64,000 nt of DNA. It comes from the human T2T-CHM13v2.0 reference genome, Homo sapiens. Positions 27,281 through 43,100 of this stretch are shown here, piece by piece (the stretch's first letter is position 1; every line of letters starts with the position of its first letter). The DNA lies in the NCBI RefSeq assembly GCF_009914755.1, contig NC_060936.1; one strand, written 5' to 3'. The notes under the pieces were generated by a model. It ran no database searches. It was given only the letters and a program-made list of their open reading frames with translations, and was not told the origin of the DNA. A program made the position numbers and the translations under genes.

Positions 27281-28143
27281 GTCATTCACATTTGCCCCCA
27301 GCTTGATTTTGTCCTAGATCTAGCCTATTTTTGGTTTTTGCCAAGGACATATGCTGATTTTCATCATTTACTCAATCACCCCTCAGCCTTGCATCTGCCC
27401 GCCTGCCATGTGGCAGGGACTGTTCAGCTCCCAGTTCACCCCAACGCTGAAAATTCTGCCTTGAATGGCCCTGTGGGAGCAAATGGGCTTGAAAGTCCTA
27501 GGGAGGGCCCTCTTCCACACAAGCTAAAGTCCTGCTTGCATTTTAATATGACAGCAATAGGGCTGGGTCCCCAGCACAGAAATCTCAGCATCGACAACTC
27601 TCTTTGTGAGTTACGGGTAGGTTTTCTTCATCGTTACTCTGGGTCTTGCATGTCCCAAGGATGTCTATAATCTGTCAGGACCTGAAATATGGAAACATCG
27701 GTCCAGACAATGAAACAGGAGGCTGTTTGTGATTTACTACCTGCTCTGCCTGCAGGGAGAGTTATTCTAATTACCTTATTCAGTGTCAGATGTTACAAAA
27801 ATCCAGGAGTAAATATTTATAGAGATTATGAGACAGGCACAGTTCTGATAGTACAGATGTCATAGGACTTTTTCATTTAAATAAAGTCAGAGATGGCAAA
27901 TACACATATATGTGCTCCCATTCTCGGTGGCTCCCTAATCTAGCTCATGCCAGTCTATTGTGCTAAACCTGAATTTGATCTCAGACTCTTGAACACCAAG
28001 CTCTGACAGCCACAACCCATCAGCTGCGAGTCAGGAGCATGCTGTGGTCGAGAGCAAGAACTCTGCGATCAAATCGACTGCCTTCAAATCCTACCTCCAC
28101 AACCTACTGACTTCTATGATCTCTGGCAGATTATTTTGCCTCA

Positions 28144-28789
<646 letters not shown>

Positions 28790-30159
28790 CTACTCATAGG
28801 TTAATTGAATCAATCAATTGAGCACATAACAAATGCTCAATAAGTACCAGCTATCATCATGATTACTTGGAAATGGCTTTCTTATGAAACTTAATTTCCA
28901 TCCCTGTATAGTGGCATTTTTTCCTCTTTTTAGATTAAGTTCAATCCAGCTATGTGATTGGTTACCTAAGTGGGGCAGCCTCTCATGCTAAGGGTAGGGT
29001 TTCATCTTTGTTGGAGTAGTAAGTTTAAATTTTTGTTCAAAAATTTATAAATGTTTACTTTTGATTACAATGGAGACTGGGTTAAAGGGTGTGGTTGACT
29101 GAAAGTAAAGCCATCTCCACTCTCAGAAACAAAACAGCTTAAAGTATTTACCTAGCACTGAGTTAGGGAGTACAGTCTCATGTGTGAAAGAAATTGAAGA
29201 CATGCATATGACATTGTTGTTCTTCCCATCCGGCATCCACACTGCCTCATATTACCAGATTTTATATATAATGTCCATATTCAGCTGTGTGCATTGAACA
29301 CAGCATTAATGCTCCCCGCGTAAGAATCCGATGACCTACATAAGAAGGAATTTGTATATAAAGGAATCTTTGGCTTATGTGCAAAGGAAAAAGTCTCCCC
29401 TGGAAAAATGCAGGCCTTACACATTTAGCAGACCCTCGTGTCCACAGAAACAGTCATTGGCAATTAGGCAACTGCCATAAGATCAGAAGCAGGAGCCCGC
29501 ACATGAAACAGGCGGTGCAGGAAGATCACTGCCTTCTATCTCTTGAGTTACGGGCGGCTGAGGTTGCCTCCCCCTGTGTCCAATCTGCTCTGAGCTTTTC
29601 CTGCTGTGGACAGAGGCCCTGGAGACTTTTACACACCCCAGTTTTCATGCGGCTTACTGATCCCTTTTCACGTGAATGAAAAACGCCTTTGATTTTGAAT
29701 ACTCAACGTCTGTTTTGTGTAACACTTTACTGATGTGCCAGAATCATTCTGTACCTTAAAGGGGGTCTTGCACTGGGCTATTAAAATCAGTCCTTCTGTG
29801 AAGAGTCACTGTGCTCACTTAAAGGATAACTGCCCTGCCTTTTTAAATGGGGCTCATCTTGTTAGACCTGGATTAGGGAAGAGAGGAGCAAGCCTACCCG
29901 CTGTTGAAACCCATCCAAAGCCCATCAATGAGTTGGGTCCAACCACAAGAGAGGCTTCAAAGAAATATTACTATCTGCCAACCAGCTCTTCTTTGGGAAC
30001 TCTACTTCCTGTCATTAATTCCAGTTAGAATCATGGTAAGCTAATAGAGACCTTGAACCAGTAGGTCTACTTTATTTGTTCAGATGACAGAATGGGTTGT
30101 TCCGTTTTCTATGGAGTTCCACATCTCTGGAGAAGTCCAAGGAAAAGTTTTATGACTTA

Positions 30160-31400
30160 TCTGTTCAGTCAGCGCTCTCTGTCTCTTCTAGGAACGGATG
30201 CTCTACTAGGTTCTGGGGCTACAGAAATGAGTTAGATGATGTCCCTGCCCTCTGGATGCTCAGAACTGGGAGATAAGATAGAGAAGCTACCAGAGAGAGG
30301 AGGCCGCCATTCACCTATGTAACTTTGGCAAATTCAATTACATGCTCAGCATTTAAAAGGTAAAGGAAGGGTAGTATTTAAGGCAGACAATACCACTCCC
30401 ATCCTTCATCCACACCCCTGCCATAGTTGAGCCCAGGTTGAGTGGAATGTAGTCTTCTGTCTCCTCATGCCTCTCACAATACGAGCATCTCTGCTGCAGT
30501 GTGAATCTCTGGAGTTAAAAAGATATGGATAGTTTTTAGTCTTTTTGTACCTTATAGACCCTAAATGGAAAGTACTGTCCCACTGGGTGTTCAACCAAAC
30601 AAATAGCCACTGTCCCAATGATGAGCTGTTTAAGTTATCTTCAAGGATGATTTTGACTTTATGGGGTTTTCACTTGAAACTATTTAAATGCCTGCTGTAG
30701 AAAATAACAGACTAGATTTCTCTATCATACAGGAGGGGAAGCCGCCCGTAGTGTCCTATAGTGGGGGCTCCGGTGCAGGCAGGGCAAGTTTTCCAGAAGA
30801 GGTGGCTGCCAGAGCTGACTTTTGAAGAATGAGTGGACATTTGCCAAGGGCAGATGGTCCTGGGTGGGGCTGGAGGTGAGAGCATCAGGAAGTAGAGCTG
30901 ACAGGACTTTGCAGGCAGTGAGAGAGGAATCAAGGGCACTGTGAAAGTACAGCCTGGACCGCCAAGTGGGTAGTGAACCTCCAAGGCAAGGAGCGAGTGG
31001 CAGACACACTACGATGTGTTCTGTGTGGCACATATGGAGTTGGGTGTGTCCAGGACCCCTGAGTTAGTGGCCCATCTGGAAATGAGAGGCAGGGGCTGCC
31101 AAGGTAGATTGGGAAGTCATCAGTGATTGTGGGCACAGAATGAATGTCACACACACCCGCTCCAGAGAAGGGAAGAGGGTCGGAATGAACCCTGAGGACC
31201 CCAGCATGTGGGGAATGGGCACGGAGAGAGGCACCTTCCAAGAAGTCCAAGTTGGGGCAGCAAAGGAAAGCCAGAAAACAGCAGAGTCCAGAGGCCAAGG
31301 GAAGAGGGTTTCTAAGTAGGAGGGAGGTCACAAGTCGGAATGTGAAGAGGACCAGGAAGATGAAGTCTGCAAGTCCAGTGGATCCCACCAGGCTGTGAGA
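30160..31400 (-). mobile_element. Degraded L2 fragments
   Basis: ctctactaggttctggggctacagaaatg...gtccctgccctc; purine-rich L2-like body at 30720-31400. Confidence 0.45.
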
Positions 31401-32525
31401 GCTGATTCAAGGGCATGAAGTCAGCAGAGGTTAAAGGCACTAGAGGAGGGAGCAGCAGGAGGCTGTTTAATATGATGCCTTAGCGTTCCTAATTGCCCAC
31501 TTACTGTCTAACAGAGGCAAACAAACCTAGGAGACACCACTGGACTTTGTGTGGCCTCCAGTGTGCTGGTGTCAGCACCCTTTCCCAGAATTCTCTCCCA
31601 TCAGCCTGCCTGCAATCCCCACATTGGACTCCGCAGGCAAGTCACCTGGGAGGACCATCCATGAACACCTGATTCCTATCAAGACTAATGTGATTCCCTA
31701 ACCTGTCTTCTCAGGCCCCTGAGGAAATGGACGAGGATCAGGAGGGCGGGATGAGGGCAGCTAGAGAGAGGCAAAGTGAGCAGACCCCACACCCCACCAC
31801 CCGCATAATGGAGGCTTTGGGAATTACAGTGAGGGGAGGGTGACAGAAGAACATGCTGTCCTACCCACAACTTGCACAGTTTGGACTTTGACCAACTTGA
31901 CCAATACTGCTGCAGAAGGAACCTTAAGCTTACTGAGCACGTACTAGGGACTAATCCCTTTACGTAGAGGATCCCACTACCCAACCCTGCTAGGTTGACG
32001 TTATTCTCCTCCATTGTATTCCCTTCTAACCTGATGTGATTGGGAGAAATGTCTTAATACAAAATAATCCCTATGTGTAAGAAATGCAAAATCAATTTTG
32101 AGCTAAGCTTGTTATAGGCCCACTGCAGGGTAAAATTTTGTTACTGGGTGATCTATTAATCAATCTGATTATGGAGGATCTAGGGTGTGCATTCATAATC
32201 CCATTTTACTCATACCACAGCCCTGTGAGGTAAATATTATCTCAGTTTTGTGAGACTAAGTGATTTGCCCAGTGGTACCCAGTACTAAGTGCCTGAGCCA
32301 GACTTGGATCTAAGCCTACTCTACCACCTCTCCTCCTTTGTCAGAAAGCCCTGGAATGTTCTGCAGAATGTGTTCAAGGACCCAAACATGGTACGCCAGC
32401 CCATGGCCTCAGTGCTATCCAGGTACTCTTCAAATTCTTCTTCAGCAATGCAGAGTTTAGACCAGAAGCAACCTGTAAATAACGCTGAGTCATCCCTTTT
32501 ACAGCAGGTCTAGGAAGACAGTCTC

Positions 32526-32662
32526 GTGTGTGTGTGTGTGTGTGTGTGTTTGTGTGTGTGTCTGCGTGTGTGTGCATGTGTGTTCATGTGTGTCTGTATG
32601 GTTTTTTGGGTGTGTATGTCTGTATGTATGTGTGTGTGTCCATGTATGTGTGTGTTTGTGTG
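32526..32662 (+). repeat. Degenerate (TG)n microsatellite
   Basis: Direct reading; source of the CVCV/THTH ORFs. Confidence 0.95.
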
Positions 32663-34784
32663 CTTTCATACTCTCCTGGCTGCTGCCAAGAGATTTCCTT
32701 GAACCTTGCACCTCCCTGACTTCAGGAGCAGCTTCTAATGATAAACCTTATTGGGACCCAAGTTGGAAGGCCACTGATCCCTCACTGCTGGGGCCACCAT
32801 CTGGGTTTTATGGCCAAAGCCCATTCTGAGGAGATCTCTTGTATTAGGGATTTATACTTAGATACAGAAATGCCTCAATTTATGAAAACCCCAAACTTCT
32901 GAGACCCAGGTGCTGGAGATCCATAATTCCTTCCCATAGCAGGGGGTCCTTTAAATACAGTACTCTACAAAAAATACATGTCATTGTGGACCAACTACAG
33001 ATAGGCACCAATAAAGTAGCTTAAGTTACCCATAATCTCATCACAAATAACAATTGTTAACATTTCAGTGTAGTCCATACAGTGGAGTACTGTGCAGCTT
33101 TACACAGAAGACAGACAGTCGCAGCCCTACCTAGTAATACTGAAAGCTCTCTAAGTTTCACACTTGGAAGAAAAAAGAGACTTAGGAAATATAAAGTCTC
33201 ATTTTTGTAAAAAAAAAAAAAAAAGTGATGGGTAGATGGATACATAAGTAGGTAGATATATAAATAGATGATAGACACAGAGAGGTGGGGAGAAAGAAAG
33301 AGATTTAGCAAGGTACAAAAATATGTCCGATTGGACAACAAATTGTTAAGAGTGGGATGAGGGAGGGAGAAGAGGAAGGACTTAGGAAAAGAACTTTCCT
33401 TGTTTTCTTTTTTGTTCAGTTATGTTTATTTCATGTACTTATTTTTGTATTTTATGACATCACATATGCATTACTTTATAATGTAAAATAATTTATAAAA
33501 GTAAAGCAAATTGGCATCCAAAACTTTTCTATATATAGTTATATAAATGCAGGCACACACACATACACACACAGACACACTTTTTCAACCTTAACCACAA
33601 AAAATTCCAAATATTTACAAAACTAGAGAGAATGGTATAGTGGACCCTCATCTATCCATCACCCAGTTGCAACGATTATCAACTCATTGCTAGGTTGGTA
33701 TCCATGACCCCACCTATTTTCTCCTCCTAGAATATTTTGAAACAAATCCCAGGTTTACAAATTCATTTCACCCATAAATATTTCAATATATACCACTAAA
33801 GTCACTCTTAAAAAAAAAACCACAATACCATTGTCATAATAACAATTAACAATAGTCTCTTACTGTCATCAAATATCCAGTTTGTATTCAGATTTTCCAA
33901 TCATCTCATAAATTTTTTTTCCAGATGTTAGAACTGGAATCCAAATAATTAACGTTAATAAATCTTTGAATTCTCTTACAGTCAGCACTGGTCTCTTCTA
34001 TCTCCCAGGTCCCCATCTCCTTCTTTTATTTGCAATTTATTTATTGAAGAAACCAGATCCTTTGTCATATAGTTTCCTATAGTTTGTACTTTGCCAGTTG
34101 CATTCCTTTAGTAGAGTTCAACATGTTTTTCTGTATTCTGTGTCTTCTGTAAGTCTGCAGTTAGAACTAAAGGCTCGATTGGATCAAGTTTGACTTTTGT
34201 GACAAGACTCATTCATAGGGGGTGTCGCCTTCCCACAGGAGGCACGCACGTTTTGTCCCTCTTTTTGTGATGTCAGCAGCCACTCGTGCACAATACTCCA
34301 TTAATTTAATAGAGTTTGCAAAATGGTGCTATGCTCATTCTATCGTTTCTTCATTTATTAGCTAGGATACACCTGTTTAGAGAAACTTCCTTTCATCAAT
34401 TATTTGCTTACCCAGAAGTTTATTTCATATAATAAAGGCTGGATACGTGTTTTATTCTTTTCCTTTACTTACCAGTTGTCAAAATAATGAGTTAGTTCCC
34501 TAGCATCCTTCAGTGGGAGCCAATGAGTTTGGGGGGGAATTCTTATGAACTCATGGACTAAACATATTGCATTGTCCCAATCCATTGCAGTTATTATTCT
34601 TCTGATGATCAGATTACTCCCTCTTTGGCCAAGACAAGCTGTTCAAAATGTCTCCTGAGCCCTTTTGATACAAACTCAGTAACACTTGGAAATTTCCTTG
34701 CTTCCAAGTATGACATGATGTTCCAGTCTCCCATTGTACATTTTCTGTCCCAGGCCTGAACCCAACCTTTTCTCTAAATGAGCC

Positions 34785-34789
<5 letters not shown>

Positions 34790-34847
<58 letters not shown>
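34790..34847 (+). repeat. Perfect (TG)29 microsatellite
   Basis: 58 bp uninterrupted. Confidence 0.98.
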
Positions 34848-34850
<3 letters not shown>

Positions 34851-34967
34851 TAATATTTCAAGACCACAATCTAGGTGTTAGGGAAACAGTACTGCTGAGC
34901 AGGTAATTGGTTCCAGGCCTTTTTGATGGTTAAAACTAAGATAGATAGATGAGACAGAGCGAGAGCA

Positions 34968-35295
34968 AGCTGTGGTCTGAAAGTGTCCCCTTCAAAATTC
35001 AAGTGTTGCCAATGTGATAGTATTAAGAGGTGGCTCCCTTGAGAGGTGATTAGGCCATGAGGGCGGCTCCCTCATGATTGAGATTAAGGCCTTTTTGAAA
35101 GAAGCCTTATGCCTTCTTTGGTGACCTTGCCCTTCTGCATTCTGCCATGCAAAGTCACAGAGAGAAAGTCCTCACCAGACTAAATGCTGGTGCCTTGATC
35201 TTGGGCTTCCCAGCCTTCAGAACTGTCAGAAATACATTTTTGTTCCTTGTACATTTCTCAGATATTTTGTTGTAGCAGCACAAATTGGCTGAGAG
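34968..35295 (+). mobile_element. MaLR solo LTR (MST/MLT1A-like)
   Basis: tgtggtctgaaagtgtcccc...gccttgatcttgggcttcccagccttcagaactgt...ttttgttgtagcagcacaaa. Confidence 0.8.
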
Positions 35296-35579
35296 AGGGA
35301 AAGAAAGAGAGCGAGAGAGAATACATCAAGTTCATACCAATATTTCCCATTCTTATTCAGGACTACAAGGTTTTCTTAATTGCATCCATCTTACAGACAA
35401 TCAAAATTTCCCCTTTCTCTCTCACTAAAACTCCCAGTACCAAGTTCTCAACAATACCAACATAATTACTTAGTTGCTGTCCCAGAATATATGCATAACT
35501 GTCTTAGAATAGCAATACCAACATTACCACCAACAATATGATTACTAATGAGAGTGTAATATATTTGTGGCTTTACAAT

Positions 35580-35808
35580 TTTTTTTTTTTTTTTTTTTTA
35601 GACAGGGTCTTGCTTTGTTGCCCAGGCTGGAGTGTAGTGGTGTGATCTCAGCTCACTTGCAACCTCCGCCTCTTAGGTTCAAGGGGTTTTCCTGCCTCAG
35701 CCACCTGAGTAGCTGGGATTGCAGGCGTGTGCCACCACACCCAGCTAATTTATGTATTTTTAGTAGAAATGGGGTTTCACCATATGCTGGGAGCCACCAC
35801 ATCCAGCT
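35580..35808 (-). mobile_element. Alu with left-arm internal deletion
   Basis: Right arm complete; left arm jumps from ccatatgctgg to gagccaccac; TSD tacaatt. Confidence 0.88.
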
Positions 35809-36699
35809 ACAATTCTTTCTGTTTCTATAGGATATCATACTAGGGATACACAGTCAATGACTGGTTGTATAGTAATTTAGAATTGTTCTCTGTGAGGTTA
35901 TCACCAATAGTACGTAAAGTTAGGTTTATTTGTTTAATTTGATTTGGATTTTTAGGAATTTGATTTTTATTTAATTTTATTTTTTATTAAGGTGAAATAT
36001 TTATGTGGCTTCAAAGTTAAATTTATAATGCAAGCCATATTAAAACAACTCTGGCTTCTATACCTGTCCTTGTTACCCTATAGGTAACCATTTAATTTTT
36101 ATGTTAATATTTTTATTATTTTTAAAATACGTGCATATATTATCCTCCTTGAAAAACAGAAATATGCTACTACACCTTGATTTCTTCACCCAGCATTATA
36201 TCCATGAGACTCCACCATAGCAGTATATAGAGAAATGGGTCTCTCTTTCAATGGGATCAAATATTACATACTGTTTTCCCTTTTTTCACTTATATCCCAG
36301 GAGCTTCTTTCCCTCTTTCCTTAAAGCTTTGAAAATACAAATTAGATTTAAAAATTTTTAATCTAATACTGGCCAGAAGGCAATTAATCTTGCCTGACAT
36401 TTCATCCAGAGCTGGGAAAATAACTAGCCCACAAGCAGATCTAAAGAGACTGCAGGAGAAAGTTGTTTTAATTGTACTCAGTAGAGGCCAGTCCCTTCAA
36501 TATAATGGCTATATTTGTGAGGGCTCATCTAGGATCCTGTACATGACACAGATGTGACTAAAGTGTTAAAAAGAATTACAGGTCTTTCAAATTCACCTCT
36601 TACATGTAAAGAATACAGAGTCTGTCATTTCTATTCTTGCAACGAGAAAAAATGGAATAAACTGAAAAGAAACAATTTTTCTTGGGCCCATCAGAGAAC

Positions 36700-39020
<2,321 letters not shown>

Positions 39021-39364
39021 TTTAGAGTTCTTTTTTCATAAGTTATTAGGTTACAGGTGGTATTTGGTTACATGAGTAAGTTCTTTAGTGGTGCACCCAT
39101 CACCCAAGCAGTATACACTGCACCATATTTGTAGTCTTTTATCCCTGGCCCCCTCCCACTCTTCCCCCCACGTCCCCACAGTCCATTGCCTCATTCTTAT
39201 GCCTTTGCATCCTCATAGCTTAGCTCCCACATATCAGTGAGAACATACAATGTTTGGTTTTCCATTCCTGAGTTACTTTACTTAGAATAATAGTCTCCAA
39301 TCTCATCCAGGCCACTGCAAATACTGTTAATTCATTCCTTTTTATGGCCGAGTAGTATTCCATT

Positions 39365-39450
39365 GTGTGTGTGTGTGTGTACATGTATGTGTGTGTGTGT
39401 ATATATATATATATACACACACACACATATATACACACATACATATACAC
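39365..39450. repeat. (TG)n-(TA)n-(CA)n compound microsatellite
   Basis: Contains a perfect 44-bp palindrome at 39386-39429. Confidence 0.95.
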
Positions 39451-39839
39451 ACCACAGTTTCTTTATCCACTCGTTGATTGATGGGCATTTGGGTTGTTTC
39501 TATGATTTTGCAGTTGTGAATTGTGTTGCTATAAACATGTGTGTGCAAGTATCTTTTTTGTGTAATGACTTCTTTTCCTCTGGGTAGATACCCAGCAGTG
39601 GGATTGCTGAATCAAATGGTAGTTCTACTTTTAGCTCTTTAAGGAATCTCCACACTGTTTTCCATAGTGGCTGTACTAGTTTACATTCCTACCAGCAGTG
39701 TAGAAGTGTTCCCTGATCACCGCATCCAAGCCAGCATCTACTGTTTTTAGATTTTTTTTATTATGGCCATTCTTGCAGGAGTAAGGTGGTATTGCACTGT
39801 GGTTTTGATTTGCATTTCCCTGATCATTAGTGATGTTGA

Positions 39840-40166
<327 letters not shown>

Positions 40167-43100
40167 AATGTTGAGCATTTTTAAAATATGTTTGTTGGCC
40201 ATTTGTATATCTTCTTTTGAGAATTGTCTATTCGTGTCCCTAGCCCACTTTTTGATGGGATTATTTGCTTTTTTTTACTGATTTGTTTGAGTTCATTGTA
40301 GATTTTGGATATTAGTCCTTTGTCAGATATATAGGTTGTGAAGATTTTCTCCCAGACTGTGGGTTGTCTGTTTACTCTGCTGACTGTTCCTTTTGCTGTG
40401 CAAAAGCTCTTTAGTTTAATTAAGTCCCAGCTATTTATCTTTGTTTTTATTGCATTTGCTTTTGGGTTCTTGGTCATGAAATCATTGCCTAAGCCAATGA
40501 CTAGAAGGGTTTTTCCAATGTTATCTTCTAGAATTTTTATACGTCATAGATTTAAGTCCTTAATCCATCTTGAGTTGATTTTTGTGTAAGGTGAGAGATG
40601 AGGATACAGTTTCATTCTCCAACATGTGGCTAGCCAATTATCCCAGCACCATTTGTTGAAAAGGGTGTGGTTTCCCCACTTTGTTTTCGTTTGCTATGTC
40701 AAAGATTGATTGGCTGTAAGTATTCGGGTTTATTTCTGGGTTATCTATTCTGTTCCATTGGTCTATGTGCCTATTTTTATACCAGTACCACACTGTTTTT
40801 GTGACCATGACTTTATAGTATAGTTTGAAATCAGGTAGTGTGATGCCTCCAGATTTGTTCTTTTTGCTTAGTCTTGCTTTGGCTATATGAGCTCTTTCTT
40901 GATTCCATATGAATTTTTGAATTGTTTTTTCTAATTCTGTGAAGAATGATGATGGTATTTTGGTAGGGATTGCATTGAATTTGTAGGTTGCTTTTGACAA
41001 TATGGTTGTTTTCACAATATTGATTCTACCCATCCATGAGCATGGGATGTGTTTCCATTTGGTTGTGTCATCTGTGATTTCTTTCAGCAGTGTTTTGTAG
41101 TTTTCCCTGTAGAGGTCTTTTGACTCCTTGGTTAGGTATGCTCCTAAGTATTTTATTTTATTTTATTGCAGCTATTGTAAAAGGGGTTGAGTTCTTGATT
41201 TGATTATCTGCTTTGTTGCTGTTGATGTATAGAGGAGCTACTGATTTGTGTACATTAATCTTGTATCTGGAAACTTTGCTGAATTCTTTTATCAGTTCTA
41301 GGAGCTTTTTGGAGTCCTTACAGTTTTCAAGGTAAATGAGCATATCATCAGCAAACAGTGACAGTTTGGCTTCCTCTTTACTGATCTGGATGCCCTTTAT
41401 TTCTTTCTCTTGTCTGATTGCTTTGACTAGGACTTCCAGTACTATGTTGAAGAGGAGTGGTGAGAGTGGGCATCCTTGTCTTTTTCCAGTTCTCAGAGGG
41501 AAGGGTTTCAACTTTTCTCCATTCAGTATTATGTTGGCTGTGGGTTTGTCATAGATGGCTTTTATTACATTGAGCTATGTCCTTTGTATGCTGATTTTGC
41601 TGAGAGTTTTCATCATAAAGCGATGCTGAATTTTGTTGAACGCCTTTTCTGCACCTATTAAGATGATCATGTGATTTTTGTTTTTAATTCTGTTTATGTG
41701 GTGTATCACATTTATTGACTTGCATATGTTAAACCATCCCTGCATCTCTGGTATGAAACCCACTTGATCATGGTGGATTATCTTCTTGATATGTTGTTGG
41801 ATTTGGTTAGCTAGTATTTTGTTAAGGATTTTAGCATCTATTTTCATCAAGGATACCATTCTGTAGTTTTCTTTTTTGGTTATGTCCTTTCCTGGTTATT
41901 TGGGTGATGCTGGCTTCATAGAATGAATTAGGGAGGGTTCCTTCTTTCTCTATCTTGTGGAATAGTGTCAGAAGGATTGGTACCAATTCTTCTTTGAATG
42001 TTTGGTAGAGTTCTGCTGTGAATCTATCAGGTCCTGGACTTTTTTTTTTTAGTAATTTTTAAATTATCATTTCAATCTCACTGCTTATTATTGGTCTGTT
42101 CAGGGTATCTAATTCTTCCTAATTTAAGCTAAGAGGGTTGTATTTTTTCCAGGAATCCATCCATCTCTTACTAGGTTTTCTAGTTTATATGCATAAAGGT
42201 GTTCATAGTAGCCTTAAATAATCTTTTGTATTTTAGTGGTGTCGGTTGTAATATCTCCTGTTTTGTTTCTTAATGAGGTTATTTGGATTTTCTCTTTTCT
42301 TTTCTTGGTTAATCTTGCTAATCGTCTATCAATTTTATTTATCTATTCAAAGAACCAGCTTTTTGTTTCACTTATCTTTTGTATTTTTTGTTGTTGTTGT
42401 TTCGATTTCATTTAGTTTTGCTCAATCTTGGTTATTTCCTTTTTTCTGCTGGGTTTGGGTTTGGTTTGTTCTTGTTTCTGTAGTTCCTTGAGGTATGACC
42501 TTAGAATGATTGCTCATGCTACATCATTTTTTTGATGTAGGTGTTTAGGGCTATGAACTTTCCTCTCAGCACTGCCTTTGCCATATCCCAGAGGTTTTGA
42601 TAGGTTGTGTCATTACTGTCGTTCAGTTTGAAGAATTTTTCAATTTCCATCTTGATTTCGTTTTTGACCCAGTGCTCATTCAGGAGCAGGTTATTTAATT
42701 TCCATGTATTTGCATGGTTTTGAAGGTTCATTTTGGAGTTGATTTCCAGTTTTATTCCACTGTGATCTGAGAGAGTGCTTGATATAATTTCAGTTTTCTT
42801 AAATTCATTGAGGCTCATTTTATGGCATATCATATGGTCTATCTTGGAGAAAGTTCCATGCACTGTTGAATAGAATGTGTATTCTGTGGTTGTTGGATGA
42901 AATGTTCTGTATATTTCTGTTAAGTCCATTTGTTCCAAGGTATAGTTTAAATCCACTGTTTCATCATTGACTTTCTGTCTTGATGACCTGTCTAGTGCTG
43001 TCAGTGGAGTACTGAAGTACCCCACTATTATTGTGTTGCTGTCTATCTCATTTCTTAGGTCTGTTAGTAATTGTTTTATAAATCTGGGGGCTCCAGTGTT

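Larger units (their letters stand above)
33580..36250 (-). mobile_element. Ancient L1MC-type 3' region, interrupted by (TG)n, a MaLR LTR and an Alu
   Basis: acaaaactagagagaatggtatagtggaccctc...; aaacaaatcccagg; cattcatagggggtg-type L1MC4/5 3' UTR motifs. Confidence 0.6.

Noticed and set aside
32374-32829. CVCV/THTH-rich ORFs
   Set aside because: Translations of the (TG)n microsatellite.
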